64,000 nucleotides of DNA, taken from positions 96,722,001 to 96,786,000 of the forward strand of contig NC_086097.1 of the NCBI RefSeq assembly GCF_963921235.1. The letters run 5' to 3'. Numbering within the stretch: position 1 is the stretch's first letter; each line of letters begins with the position of its first letter. Under the pieces are notes generated by a model that saw only the letters and a program-made list of their open reading frames with translations, was not told the origin of the DNA and ran no database searches. The DNA is from Mobula hypostoma (Eukaryota). This document shows, piece after piece, positions 27,251-41,600 of this stretch. A program made the position numbers and the translations under genes.

Positions 27251-28837
27251 AGTACAAATGGGTGGCTAATGGTCAGTACAGACTTGGTGGGCAGAAAGGC
27301 TGCATCCGTGTTCTGTAAACCTCAGAGCAACAGTATGTGTGAGATCAGATTCAGATTTATCACATGTACATTGAAACATAGAGTGAAATGAGCACATGTA
27401 ACAAAACTAAGCTTTTGATCTTGTCCGTACAGCACTTCATTAAACCTAACCAACCAAATGTGAAGTTATTTCAGAACATTTTTTTAAACAATTTCCAAAA
27501 AGGGAATTGGAAAGAATTGCTTTAACCGTTAGATACTAAGGAAGTGAATTGGAAATAGAAATTAATTAGCCTTGATGTTGTTTGCTCAAAGAGCATTTAA
27601 GCAGCAATTGCCTAATATCCTTCATAATTGATTAAAACACTCATACACCCACTTTATTCAAACCTTCTGGATCTCTTTCTAATTCTAAACAGTTGGAGTT
27701 AAAGCCAAATGTTAAGCCTATAAATATTTTGGCTTTTTCAGGAGAAGTTGCAGATAATTAAGGGGAAAAAAGCAAATAAAAAGGCAGAATGCTCATTTAA
27801 AACAAGCAAAATGACTGAATAAAGTGGGGTAGGATGTCATGCACATTGTTTTCATATTACAAGGAGTAAGCTTATATTGATGAATCTGATTAAACTACTA
27901 CTGAGTATTGTGCAGCATGATAATTTAAACTAAGTGCTGCATCATTTAATGTTCAGTCAGATCTTAATAAAAATTAAGTAGACATAAGCCAAAGACAATA
28001 TGTCAGATTCAAGGCGCAAGGGAGTTTATTCTGTTGTTAAAGCCCTGGGTCACATTATGTTACAGGAAAACACAAGCCAACGTGGCTTATTAAAAGCAAG
28101 ATGTCAAGACTCCCCATACCTGTAATGGTGTCTAATGAAATACAAAAGTGGACCTTGATCCATAATTCATAATAGGGACAAGTACTTCAGTGATGCTTTT
28201 TACGTATATAATATTCCCCTCTTCAGAAAAAGAATGTGCTGTGGATACTGTTAGAGGGAGAATCAGTTTGGTGCAACAGAATAGTTTATTTTAGTGGCTT
28301 TAACTTCATAGAAAACTGCTCGAACTACTCCAAGGTCAAGCTCACGCACGCCGTGGGCTTGCTTCTTCTCTACCAAATACCAGGTTATTTGGGGGAGGTG
28401 AGAATGTGTGCACAGAGAGCACAGGAGGCAGACCTTGGTCAAAACTCAGCAGACATTTGTTCTTCCAAACCAAAGGCTTTAACGACAGGTTGTCAAAAAA
28501 TGGACAAGGTCAATCCATTGATCAGCATTGTTTATTACCAAGATGAGTAGCCCATTTACAAACTGGCCCCCTGGGAAAAGTGAAATAGAAGGATTTGGGG
28601 GGTGGAGGGAAGTTGTGTATGAGAACTAATGAACCTTTGCCACTTGACTCACTTTATTTTATAGAAAGGAGTGCAGTTATCTTGATGAGCTGTAACATTG
28701 GTGCCATTAATTTATAATAAATGAAAGTTAATCTATGTTTGAATTTCCTGAAGTCCTGTTACAACCTTTGAATGAATTTGCATTTAAGTGAAACCTCCCG
28801 CCCACGTAGCTGAGAGGAAAAGTGGGTTGTAGAGTTA

Positions 28838-28853
28838 CAGTGCCACCTGCTGG
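28838..28853 (-). promoter_or_regulatory. Candidate CTCF binding site
   Basis: Reverse complement CCAGCAGGTGGCACTG matches the CTCF core consensus; lies in apparently non-repetitive intron sequence. Confidence 0.5.
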
Positions 28854-29588
28854 ATATGGAGCTTATCTGCTTTCAATGTGACCAGATTTAAAGCAGCAAG
28901 ATTGTCCTTCCTTCGACTTGCAATCCACAATCTTAAAGGTTTTGGTTTTAATCTTGAAATTTATACTGTTCATTAGAAATGCAACACAAACGTAGACTAT
29001 TGCGTATTATGTCTGCAGAAGATAAATTGAACTCTCAGCTTCACTAAGACATGCCAATAATTGACTTTTGACAATGCTAGTTTTGTATAGGCATGTACCC
29101 AAATACCGTGACAAGATTAGAGAAGTCAGTACATTGCAGAATGTGTATTAGAATATGCATTGATCCTGGTCCAGACGTGGCAAAATGGTGTCAGAGTGCT
29201 TGTTTCCAAGGTATCTTAAATCAGCCAGGGCATACGAGGTCACAAATCATTTGCTGGTAAATGGGATTACTCGATGTTTGGTATGGATGTGATGGCCTGC
29301 TGGACTCATTTCTGTGGCAAATGATTCTGGCTGAATCAGTGAGCAAATATCAATAACTTCCATATTGTCTGGACTATTCCACATTTGCACAAGGGATTAT
29401 TATGTATTCCCAAGCAAACAGGTTGGTTGCATATGTTTCCAGCCAGGCAAGGGTTAACGAATATCGAAAAGCAGGCTGAAGTTTTGTACAGTCGTCAATG
29501 AAGAGGGTTGGGCATAGATTGACTAGCTTCAACTCTTATGATTTTGAGTCTGCAACGATATCTGTGCAGAGCCAAAGGAATCAAAGGA

Positions 29589-30053
29589 GGGTGGCACTTT
29601 AGCATAGCAGTTAGTGTAATTTGCTTTACATTGCCAGCGATCACCCACCGGGTTTGGCTCCCGCTGCCGTCTGTAAGGACTTTGCACATTCTCCCTGTGA
29701 CTGCATGGGTTTCCTCTAGATGCTCCGATTTCTACCTATATTCCACTAGAAACAAGAGAAAATCTGCAGATGTTGGAGTTCTGCTGAAGGGTCTCAGCCC
29801 AAAATGTGGACTATTCTCTTTTCCATAGATGCTGCCTGGCCTGCTGAGTTCCTCCAGCATTCTGTGTGTGATGCTCACATTCCGTTATGAGTTTGGGTTA
29901 GTAAGTCGTGGGCATATTATTTTGGCACCAGAAGCATAGTGGAATTTGCAGTTTGGTCACAGCACAATCCTCAGATTTTGTCAGTTGTTGATGCAAAATG
30001 ACACATTTCACTGTATGCTTCAATGTACATGTGAAAACAAAGCTAATCTTTAT
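29589..30053 (+). mobile_element. V-SINE interrupted by a Penelope pseudo-LTR fragment (~29748-29872)
   Basis: ttctccctgtgactgcatgggtttcc; 3' end aaagctaatcttt shared with the 16255 copy. Confidence 0.6.
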
Positions 30054-30446
30054 TTAAAAAAAAATGTGATGGGATATTATCTGGACTGGAGCAGAATGAA
30101 AAATGCCTGGGTGAGGTTGTAGAACTGAGTTTTTGTACACTCTGACCACAAGATTGGTTTATAAGAATCTGCAGAAAACCCATGTTGGACTGCAGTTGTA
30201 GGCAAAGGGGGTTGGGAAGCAAGGTTTTAGACAGAAGCCATATAGTTTTTCATTGAGTTAAGCAATATTGTATGAAGTGACCAGGTATGCTGGGGACTGT
30301 AATTCCATCAAGAGAAGCCAGGGATTTGCACTCAAGTCACTTTCCCAGGCTCAATTCCCAAAATGTTGCCTCATCTCTGTACATTAGGTTTCTTTTCCTG
30401 AGAATTTAAGAATGAGAGGAACCCAACAAAAATACCCAAAACAATA

Positions 30447-30720
30447 GGGGGCATGGTAGCGTAGTACAATGCTTTACAGTACAGGTGACCCAGGATCAAT
30501 TCCCACTACTGCCTATAAGGAGATTGTACACCGTGACTGCATGGGTTTCCTCTGGGTGCTCTGGTTTCCTCCCACAGTCCAAAGACCCATTTGTTGGTAG
30601 GCTATTTGGTCATTGTAAATTATCCTGTGATTAGGCTAGAGTTAAACTGAGGAATTGGGGGTAGTGTGGCTTGAAGGGCCTATTCGGTGCTGTCTCTCAA
30701 TAAATAAAAATAAATAAATA
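30447..30720 (+). mobile_element. V-SINE with (AAAT)n tail
   Basis: gggtttcctctgggtgctctggtttcctcccacagtccaaagac. Confidence 0.65.
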
Positions 30721-31683
30721 ACTGTGGGTCAGAGAAGGAGAAACTAATAGAAACATTCCCCCATAATGAAAATGACTAAATCAAGAGGGCATAGGTTTTA
30801 AGATGTGGAGTTGGAAAGGATCAGGGGAAATTCTTCCCCACTTTGAGAGCGGCGGCGCTCTGGAATCAAACTGACACTTTAAAAAAAAACATACTGGATC
30901 CAAAGCTTTCTATATAAAGGCACTGAGTATCAAAGCATACTAAATTTTTACAATTTCCTGGTTTCAACGAGAATATTGCTTTGAATTCCAGGCACAATAC
31001 TCTTGGAAGGTTATTAAGTATTTTGGATGGTTGCAGAAGATAGTCTGAAGTGTGCTACAAGGTTTGCAAAAGTTCGTTTATTATCGTCACAGTAAAAAGC
31101 GCGTCTTGTATTCTGTTCATACAGATCATATCATTACACAGCACACAGAGGTAGAAGGTAAAACAATAACAGAATGCAGAAGAAGGTGAACAGCTACAGA
31201 GTAAGCGCAATGCAGGTAAACAATAAGGTGTAAGATCATAATGAGGTAGATTGCAAGGTCTTATCATACTAGGGAACTATTCGATAGTCTACAACAGTGG
31301 GGTAGAAGCTGTCCTTGAGCCTGGTGGTATGTGCTTTGAGGCTTTTATCTTCTCCCCAATGAAAGAGGGCAGAAGAGAGCACATGTGGTATGGGTGGGGT
31401 CTTTGATTCTGCTGGCTGCTTTACAGAGGCAGAGAGAAGTATAGGCAAGAGTCATGGAGGAATTTGATCTTATGCAGAAACTAGCAGGAAGGAAGTTAAT
31501 GATATTATTTAGAAGGGCTTCGACCTTGAGGGTTTTAATAGATTAAATGGAGAGCAGCAATTTCCATTGACAGAAAGCAGAAAGGATAGCTTTAACATTT
31601 CAGGTAGATATACAGTACATCTCTGTCAAACAGCATTGTATGAATAAGCAGCAGAGAGTTAGAACTTAGCTGTTATCAGCTAT

Positions 31684-32465
31684 AAACACAAGAGATTCTG
31701 AAGATGCTGGAAATCCAGAGCAACACACACAAGATGCTTGAGGAACTCTGCAGGTCTGGCAGCATACGTGGAAATAAGCAAATAGTTGATGCTTTGGGCT
31801 GAGATCTTCTTCAGGACTGGGAAGGAAGGGAATAAATGTCAGAATAAGAAGATGGACAGAGGGAAAGGAGAACAAGCTAGTGATAGGTGAAGCCTGGTGG
31901 GCGAGGGAGCTGGGATAAAGTAAGAAGCTGGGAGGTGATAGGTGTAAAATGTAGAAGGCTGCAGAAGAAGGAAAGGAGAGTGGACCATGGGAGAAAGGGA
32001 AGAAGGAGGGGCACCATGGGGAGGTGATAGGCAGGTGAGGAGAAGCGGTATAAGAGGCCAGAGTGGGGAATTGAAGATGGAAGCGGTAGGGGAAAACAAT
32101 ACTGGAAGTTGGAGAAATCGATGCTCATACCATATAAAGTGTTGCTCCTCCAACCTGAGAGTGGCCTCATTGTGGCAAAAGAGGACAGCATGGACTGACA
32201 TGACAGAACATCTGCCCATTCGCCTCCTCTCTCACCTCCATTCAGGGCCCCAAACAGTCCTTCCAAGTGAGCAAAACACTTCACCTGTGAATCTTTTGGG
32301 GTTGTCTACCGCATCGGGTGCTCCTGAAACGGCCTCCTCTACATTGATGACACCCGACATTGACTGAGACCCCCCCCACTGTCGAGCACCTATGTTCCAT
32401 CTGCAAAAATGCTGTATCCCTGGTGGCCAACAATTTTTTCCCTATCTCCATTCCCATTCTGACAC
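31684..32465. mobile_element. Old Penelope-like element with an inverted internal segment
   Basis: 31684-32215 pseudo-LTR and EN end on -; 32220-32465 GIY-YIG segment on +. Confidence 0.6.
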
Positions 32466-32574
32466 ATTAGAATGCTACCGCATTTTAATTGCCAGAGTTG
32501 AACCTGTCAAAATATGTTGATTTAACTTGGATGGATGTCACTGACAAGGCCAGTGTTTACCACCTAGACTACAT

Positions 32575-35500
32575 TAAGAACTTAAGAAATAGTATCAGGT
32601 GCAGACCACATGGCTCCCCAAACCCTTGTCTGGTGTTCATTAAATTCTAGCTGACCTGATCTTGAACTCAACTCCACATTCCTGCAGTTTCCCATAACCC
32701 CTGTAGAACAACGACCTGTCTGTTTTAACCTCAAATATAGTCAATGATTCAGCTTAACGGCTCTGTGGGGGAGGTAGAAATCCAAATATTTGCAAGCCTG
32801 TGAAAAATTCCTCCTCATTTCCATCTGAAAGAGTCAACCCCTTACTTTGAATCTATGCTCTCGACTCCCCATGGAGGGAAAACATCCTCTCAGCATCTAC
32901 CCTGTTGAGCTTCCTCAGTCTTAGGTTTCATTAAGATTAGCTCTCAGTCATTTAAAATTTAGGATAGTTTCAACCTACGACACTTTTCCTTCTCAAAATA
33001 ATCTCCTCACCCCAGGAGTCAATCAGTTGAACTCTCCAATACAAATATACTTCTTAAATGAGGAGATCAAAACTTTACCCAGTACTCCCAAGTGTGCTCT
33101 CAACAATACTTCTATAGTTGCAGTGGCTTTAGGCTCTATTCCTCTTGCAATCAAGCCTAATATTCCATTTGTTTTCTGAATTACTTGCTGTACATAATAA
33201 CATTATGGTTTCATTCTGGAATCTCTCTCCATGTCAATGGCCTTTTGCTTTTCTATTTTCCCTAATTCCCAACTTTTTTTGAACACTCACTTAATGTACC
33301 TACGTATATCCCTTTGGCAGACCCCATACGTGACAGTTTGTATCTCCTGCCTTTTGTTTTGAAGCATTCTGCACATTGGCTACAACAACATTGATCCTTT
33401 CCTCTACCTCAGTGACACAGATTGCACCTAGTTGAGGCAGTGGCACGGATCCCACAGGCAATCCACTTACTTCAGCTTGCCAAACTGAAAATGGCCCACT
33501 TATCCCAATGTGCTATTTTCTGTTGATATATAACCCCCAATATCACTTTCTACAGTAACTTTATGTAGTGCCTTAACAAATGTCTTCTGAAAATCTAAAT
33601 ACGCTACATCTATCGGCTCTCCTTTATTCTCCTCTTTTGTTAAATCGCAAAAGAATATGATAAATTTGTCAAACACAATTTTCACATAAATCTGCTCAAC
33701 TGTATTATGATTTCCTAGATGTCCTGCTATGATTTTCATAATAATGTATTCCAGCACTTCTTAATAACAGACATTAGGCTAAACCGACTATAGTCAGTCT
33801 GCCTTCTCTCTCTCATTTCTTCAGTAGGCATAAGTATTTTTATGGTTCTACAATAATCTAGATTGCTTTCAGAATCTTGGGAACATTGTAAGATCACAGT
33901 GTTGAATTGAACAAATTGAGATAATCAGCCTAGTACTTTCAAATTTCATTAATCTTTTCCCATTTATAGCTACACCCCTCTACACAGCCCCCTGTGTCAT
34001 TCACAGGCCTTTACTTCATTCTTTAAGCCAACATCACCATCATTTCTGTTATTCGTTGGAAGCAGGAGTTCGCCAAGCAGCACCTGAGCTGCTTTTGAAT
34101 AAGATTATGACTTTTCTTTGGCATTGAGGAGATTTGGTATGTCACCAAAAACACTCGCAGATTTCTACAGATGTACCATGGAGAGTATCTACATGGCTGC
34201 ATCACTGTCTGGTATGGTGGGGGGCAACGGCACAGGATAAAAGTAAGCTACAGAGAGTTGTAAAATTAATCAGCTGCATCATGGTAGTATCCAGGTCAAA
34301 TTCAAGGAGCGGGTGCATCAGAAAGGCAGTGTCTATCATTAAGGACCTGCACCACCCAGCACGTGCCATCTTCTCACTGTTACCATCAGGAAGGAGGTAC
34401 ATAAACCTGAAGGCACACACTCAACAATTTGGGAAAAACTTCTTCCCCTTTGCCATCCAATTTCTGAATGGACATTGAACCCATGAACACTACCTCATTT
34501 AAAAAAAAATTCCTATATTTTTGCTCTATAGGAAGAACAGACGCGCGTGCGTGAGCGCACACACACACACACACACACACTGTAATTCACATTTTTTCTC
34601 TATATTATCACATGCTGCATTGTACTGCTGGCACAAAGTTAACACATTTCATGACATATGATGGTGATAGTAAACCTGATTCTGATTCAGTTTTCCTATT
34701 CTCTCCCCAAACCTCTTGAAGCTCAAATGTCTGCCAGCATTCAACTTGAATGTAATCAATAACCACAGGTCTCTAGCATAGAGAATTCCAAAAATTTACA
34801 GTGCTCAGAGAAGAAATTCCTCTTCACTTCCATCAGAACTGAGCAGCCCTATTTTGAGCCTTTGCCCCAAGTTCTAGACATCTATGCAAGTGTTCTCTCA
34901 GCATCCACCCTCTCAAAACCTCTCAGAATCTTGTGTTTTAATAAGACCAATCTCACTTTTCTAGCAATTAACCAGTAAAACTTTTCTGTATTGCTTCCAG
35001 TACAAGTACATCCTTCCTTAAACATGGAGACCAAAATTGTATGCTGCATTCCAGCAGTGGTCAGCACCCCATAATGTTGCAAAATAATTCTTATTCTCAT
35101 TTCAATAAATAACATTCCATTCCTTTTCATAATTACTTGCTATAAGTTAATCATCATCGCCATGATGTGCTATGTCGTATGACATGGGCGATCATGGTCT
35201 TTGACCATGATTCTTCTTGGCAAAGTTTTTCGACAGAAGCGGTTTACCATTGCTTTTGTCTGGGCAGTGTCTTTACATTGCCCAGCCATTACTAATGCTC
35301 TTGCCTGGTGTCAGTGGCCACATAACCAGGACTTGTGATATGCACCTACTGCTCATACACTCACCTGCCACCTGCTCCTGACTAGGGGGCTAAGAAGGTG
35401 CTACACTTTGTCCAAGGGTGACCTGAAGGTTAGCAGAGGGAAGGAGTGCCTTAAACCTCCTTTAGTAGAGACGTATCTCCACCCCACCATCCCAAAAGCC

Positions 35501-38140
35501 TTCTGAAAATCTAAGTAAACAACAGCCACCGACTGTCTACCTTGCTATTCCTTTAGAGAATTCCAACAGATTTGTCAGGCAAGATTTCACCTTAAGGACA
35601 CCATGCTGACTTTGGCCTACTTTATCATTTGCCTGCAAGTACCCTGAATCCTCATCCTTAACAATAGACTTCAACATATTTTCAACCTCTGATGTCAGGC
35701 TAACTGGCTTATAATTTTCTTTCTTCTGCTTCCCTCCCTTCTTCAAGAGTGAAGTGACATTTGCAATTTTCCAGTCCTCCGGAACCATTCCAGAATCTAC
35801 TAATTCTTGAAAGATCACTACCAATGCCTCCACAATCTCTTTCAGAACCCTGGGGTGTGGTTGAACTGGTCCAGGTGACTTATGTACTTCTGGACCTCTC
35901 AGTGTCCCAAGCACCTTCTCCTTAGTATTTGCAATTACACTGCCTTCTGACACTCGAATTTCTAGCATATTGCTAGACCCTGACACATTGAAGACCAATG
36001 CAAAATATTTTAAGTTCCTCCATCATTACTGTCTCTCGAGTATCATTTTCCAGCAGTTCAATATCTACTCTTGCCTCTCTTTTACACTTTATGCATCTGA
36101 AAAAACATTTGGTATCCTCATTTATACTACCGGCTAGCCTACCTTCATATTTAATCTTTACTCTGCTTATGGTTTTTTAAGTTGTCTTCATAAAAGTTGT
36201 CTTTATAAAAGTTTCCCAATCCTCTAACTTCCCACTAATTTTTGTTCTCTTTTGCTTTTACATTGTTTTTGGCTTCTCTTGTCAGCTACGGTCACCTCAT
36301 TCTCCCTTTAAAATACTTCCATCTCTAAGATACATCTATCCTGCACTTCCGAATTGCTCTCAGAAACTCCAGCAATTGCTACTCTGCTATCATCCATGCT
36401 AGTGTCCCTTGCAATCAACTTTGGCCATCTCCTCTCCCATGCCTCAGTAATTCCCTAATTTTTTGATCCTCCCACACCTCACTGGCGCTGTTTCTTTAGC
36501 GTTTGCCTGTTTTACGAGGCCAAGTTGCTAGCTCAACACTCAACCCAGCACAATTGAAAAGCATGGAAGAGCCTGCCCGATCTGAACATGGGACCACTTC
36601 CCCCAAAGTTCACTGCAGAGATCACTACACCACTGGGCGGCTTCATAATTCCCTATACTCCACTGTAATACTGATACATCTGACTTTATCTTCCTCTCAA
36701 ACTGCGGGGTGAATTCTATCATATTATGACCACTATCTCCTAGCGGTTTCTTTACTTTAAGCTCCCTAATCAAATCTGATTCATTACATAATACCCAATT
36801 GAGAATTGCCTTTCCCCTAGTGGGCTCAACCACAAGTTGTTTTAAAAAGCCATCTCGTAGGCATTCTACAAATACCATCTCTTGGGATCCAGCACTAACC
36901 TGATTTTCCCAATCTAGCTGCATATTAAAATCCTCCATGCTTCTCATTACATTGCCCATTTTACATGCCTTTTCTACCTCCTGTTGTAATTTGTACCCAC
37001 GTTCAGGCTACTGTTCAGAGGCCTCTCTATAACTATTATCAGGATCTCTTTATCCTTGCGGTGTCTTAATTCTACCCAGAAGGATCTACATCTATGTCAC
37101 CTCTTTTTAAAGATTTAATTTCATTTTTTAAACTGACAGAGCCACTCCACCTCCTCTGCCTACCTGCCTGTCCTTTCAATACAATGTGTATCTTTGAATG
37201 TTAAGCTCCCATCCATGATCCTCATTTAGCCATGGCTCAGTGATGTCCACATCATACTTACCAATCTCTAACTGCACGATAAGATCAACTGCTTTATTTG
37301 TATACTCTGTGCATTCATATATAACACCTTCAGTCCTGTATTCATCACCCATTTCAATTTTGTCCCCATGTTACACCTCAACTCATCCCACTGACTGAAA
37401 TTTTGTCCTATCATCTTCCTGCCCTTCCTCAGTCTCACCACACACTGCATCTGCTTGTACACCAACAGCCCGGTCCCCATCCCCTTGCCATATTAGTTTA
37501 AACCTTCCCCAACAACTCTAGCAAACCTGCCCATAGGTATATTGGTCCTCCTCAGGTTCAGTTGTAACCTGACCTTTTCGCACTGGTCATCTCTTCTTCA
37601 GAAAAGATCCCAATGATCATTGCCCCTGCACTCATTGCCCTGCCACACATTCATCTGCCAAATGATCGTATTCTAATCTTCACCGGCATGAGGCACAGGC
37701 AGCAGTCCAGAGATTACCACCCTGGAAGTTCTGCTTTTCAGCTTTCTACCCAACTTCCTACTGTATTTTCTCTCTTCATGACCTCCTCCCTTTTCCTATG
37801 TCGTTGGAATTAATTATGTACCACTTTTTCTGGCATCTCATTCTCCCCCTCTATAAGCTGAGACAATCTGAGGCATCCCTAACCCTGGCACCTGGGAGGC
37901 AACATACTATCAGGGTGTCTCTTTCAGGTCCACAGAATTCCCTTGACTGCTGCACTCCTCTTCTCCCCCCTCCCCTTCAGAACCACAGAGCCAGAGATCT
38001 GACCACTGTGCCTTTCCTCTACTGGGTCGTCCACCACCCCCCCCCCACGCAGTTTTCTAAGCGGTACACCTTTTGTTGAGGGGAATGGCCACAGGGTGCC
38101 TATCCCCTTTACCCTTCCTAACAGTCACCCAATTACTTGT
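32575..38140 (-). mobile_element. Series of degenerate CR1 LINE fragments, with a + strand Rex fragment at 34105-34690 and small SINE-like inserts
   Basis: DVAYLDFQK (33500-33757); KSPGPVQPHPRVLKE..SGMVPEDWK..SCLTNLLEF (35537-35998); endonuclease part at 36540-36959. Confidence 0.7.
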
Positions 38141-38490
38141 GTTGGAATCCGTTGCTTTTTTTAATGTATACTTTCTATATTAGTTGAACAAATTCAAGAT
38201 TAAAATTGTAGTTTTAATCATGCCAGTAAAATGAAACCATAATTTGTAATTTTAACAAACTCATGTACTTTTCATAGTACGTGATGGTTCGTCTCCACTT
38301 ACTGGCAGAAGGTGAAATAGCAGTTACATATCTCTTTTCATTTTTAATTGGCTAAGTATTAGCACATTATACACGTGTTATAATTATATAAACTTTTGAT
38401 TAGGTTCTGTTATCTGAAGAATTGTCTGTTATTTCGTGTATAAAGGTGATGGATATTTCCAAAGGTGCCATCTTCTTCTTTTCATCAAAT

Positions 38491-38567
38491 CTATTGTATC
38501 TCTTTAACCTCTGATTTGCTTCTCAGCTCCTCACTTAATTTCAAAACCTCTGTGTCTGTGTTTAAAC
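38491..38567 (-). CDS. Putative last coding exon of an unknown nested gene
   Basis: tttactttaag acceptor, phase 1, (G)LNTDTEVLKLSEELRSKSEVKEIQ*; ATTAAA ~145 bp downstream. Confidence 0.3.
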
Positions 38568-38649
38568 CTTAAAGTAAACAATTATGAAAAATCAATGATT
38601 CTTGCTCATTCCTTGAACTCCTAAAAGAACCCAGGGATCGAAAATTACA

Positions 38650-41600
38650 GAGATCTGACATCAGTGTCCTGCACCTTGGGTGTAACTACTTCCCTATATG
38701 TTTAAGAGGTGTTTAGATGTGCAGATGAATGTTAGGGAAATGGAAGGATATGGGCATTATGTAGGCAGGAGGGATTAACTTAGTTGGCCATTTGATTACT
38801 AATTTAATGGGTTTATCTCAACATTGTGAGCTGAAGGCCTGTTTATGTTCTCGATGATGGAGCAGTTGGTGTAAAGGTAGATGCAATGTGGAGAGAGACT
38901 GTGAGGAAGGGTAGGCAGTAGATAGGGCATAAATGCAGTCAGCTGGATGGGTCGAAATGTCTTTACATTGATGCAGGAAGTATTAAGAATAAGGAGGAGA
39001 GTATGCATCAGTACATGGGATTACAAAGTTGTGTCCATTACAAAGAAAAGACTGCTACAAGGTCAGGGTTGGATGCTTCGATGGCCTGGGGCTTAGCTGT
39101 TTCAAATGAGACAGGGGAAGAGCTTTGGGAGGGATGAGTGGCTTTGCTAATCAAGGATAATATCACAATTGCAGTAAGGAACTCATGGAGGGATTGCCTA
39201 CTGAGTCAGAACCAGGAAGGGAGCAATCGCTCTATTTGGAGTACTCTATAGACCCCCAATAGCAACTGGGGCATTGAGGAGCTGATAAGTAGGCACATTT
39301 TGGAAAGGTGCAAAAATTAACAGGGTTGTTGTCATGAGCGACTTCAGTTTCCCAAATATTGATTGGCACCTCCTTAGAGCAAGAGGTTTAGATGGTCAGA
39401 ATTTGTTAGCAGGACTCTTGAACAGGCCAACTAGTGGAGAAACAATACTGCATCAGGCAATGAACCTAGTCAGGTGACAGACCTCTCAGTGGGTAAGCAT
39501 TTTGGATATAGTGATAATAGCTCCCTGACCTTTAGCATAGCCGCGAACAAGGACAGAAGCAGACGACATAGCAAAGTATTTAATTGGGGGAGAGCTAATT
39601 ACAATGGTATTAGGCCGAGGAACTTGGGACTGTAAATTGGGAACAGGTGTTTTCATGGAAATGCATAGCAGAAATGTGGAGGTTGTTTAGGGTGCACTTG
39701 CATGGGGTTTTGGATAGGTTTGCCCCATTAAGGCAGGAAAAGAAAGGTACTGTGAAGGAACCATGGTTGACAAGAAGTGGAACATTCAGTCAAGAAGAAG
39801 GAAGCATACTTCATGTTGAGGAGGCAAAGGCAGACATAGTCTCAAAAGTTATAAGGTACCCAGGAAGGAGCTTAAGAAGGGATGTGAGAAGGCCTTGGTG
39901 AGTAGGATTAAGGAAACATTCAAAGCATGCTACACATATACGAAAAAGAGGATGACGAGTGAGGGGAGGACCACTCAGGGTAAAGAAGAAAACATGCCTT
40001 GGAGAAGGAAAAGGTAGGGGAGGCCCTTAATGAATGAATACCTTGCTTCAATGTTCACAAAGGAGAGGGAGATTGATGAATGTGACATCAGCATACAGCA
40101 GACTAATTGCTTGAGGAGTTCAGGTTATGAAAGAGGCAATGTTGGAGCTTCCGAAGAACATTTGGATAGGTAAGTCCCTGGGGCCAAACAGGAAGCAACG
40201 GAAGAGATTGCTTGGGCATTGATAATGATCTTTGTGTCCTCCCAGGTCATAAGAATGCTACCAGAGGATTGGAGAATGATAAATATTGTCCTTTGTTCAA
40301 GAAAGGTAATAGAGATAACCCTGGGAATTGCAGACCAATGAGTCTTATGTCAGTGGTGGGCAAACTATTGGACCGGATTCTTAAGGACAGAATTATGAAC
40401 AATTAGAAATGCATAGTTTTATTAGCAATAGTCAGCAGAGCTTTCTGAGGTGTAGGCCGTGCCTTGTGAGCCTGTTGAATTTTTCAAGTAGGTGAAAAAA
40501 AATTGATAAAGGTCAGAATCAGAATCAGGTTTATTATCACCGGCATGTGATGTGAGATTTGTTAAACTTAGCAGCAGCAGTTCAATGCAACACATAATCT
40601 TGCAGAGAGAGAGAGAAAAAAGTAATAATAAATGACATAATAATAAACAAGTAAATTACATATATTGAATAGATTATTAAAAAATGAGCAAAAACAGAAA
40701 TACTGTATATTAAAAAAAGTGAGGTAGCGTCCAAAGCTCCAAAGTCCATTCAGGAATCGGATGGGACAGGGGTAAAAGCTGTTCCTGAATTGCTGAGTGT
40801 GTGCCTTCAGGCTTCTGTACCTCCTACCTGATGATAACAGTGAGAAAAGGGCAGGCCCTGGGTGCTGGAGGTCCTTAATAATGGACGCTGCCTTTCTGAG
40901 ACACCACTCCCTAAAGATGTCCTGGGTGCTTTGTAGGCTAGTGCCCAAGATGGAGCTGTCTAGATTTACAACCTTCTACAGCTTCTTTCGGTCCTGTGGA
41001 GTAGCCCCTCCATACCAGACAGTGATGCAGCCTGTCAGAATGCTCTCAATGATACAACTATAGAAGTTTTTGAGTGTATTTGTTGAAATGCAAAATTGCT
41101 TCAAACTCCTAATAAAGTATAGCCTCTATTTTGCCTTCGTTATGACTATATCAATGTGTTGGGACCAGGTTAGATCCTCAGAGATCTTGACACCCAGGAA
41201 CTTAAAGCTGCTCACTCTCTCTACTTCTGATCCCTCTATGAGGATTGGTATGGTATGTCATGTATGGATTTTAGTGAAATCTTTGACAATGTGTCCGATG
41301 ATAGACTCATTCAGAATATCAAGAGGCACAGGATTCATGGAAACTTGGATCTGTGGATTTGAAATGGGCTTGCCCACTGAAGGCAGTGGGTCATAACAAA
41401 TGAACTATATTCTGCCTGGAGGTTGGTGACCAGTAGTATCCTTAAGGGAATCTGTTTTGGGACAACTACTCTTAGATGAGAAAGTGGAAGGGTAGGTTAG
41501 TAAGTTTGCAGATAACATGAATGTTGGTAATATTGTGGATAGTGCAAAGGTTGTCATAAGTTACAACAGGATGTAGACAGAGTACAGAGCTGGGCTGAGA

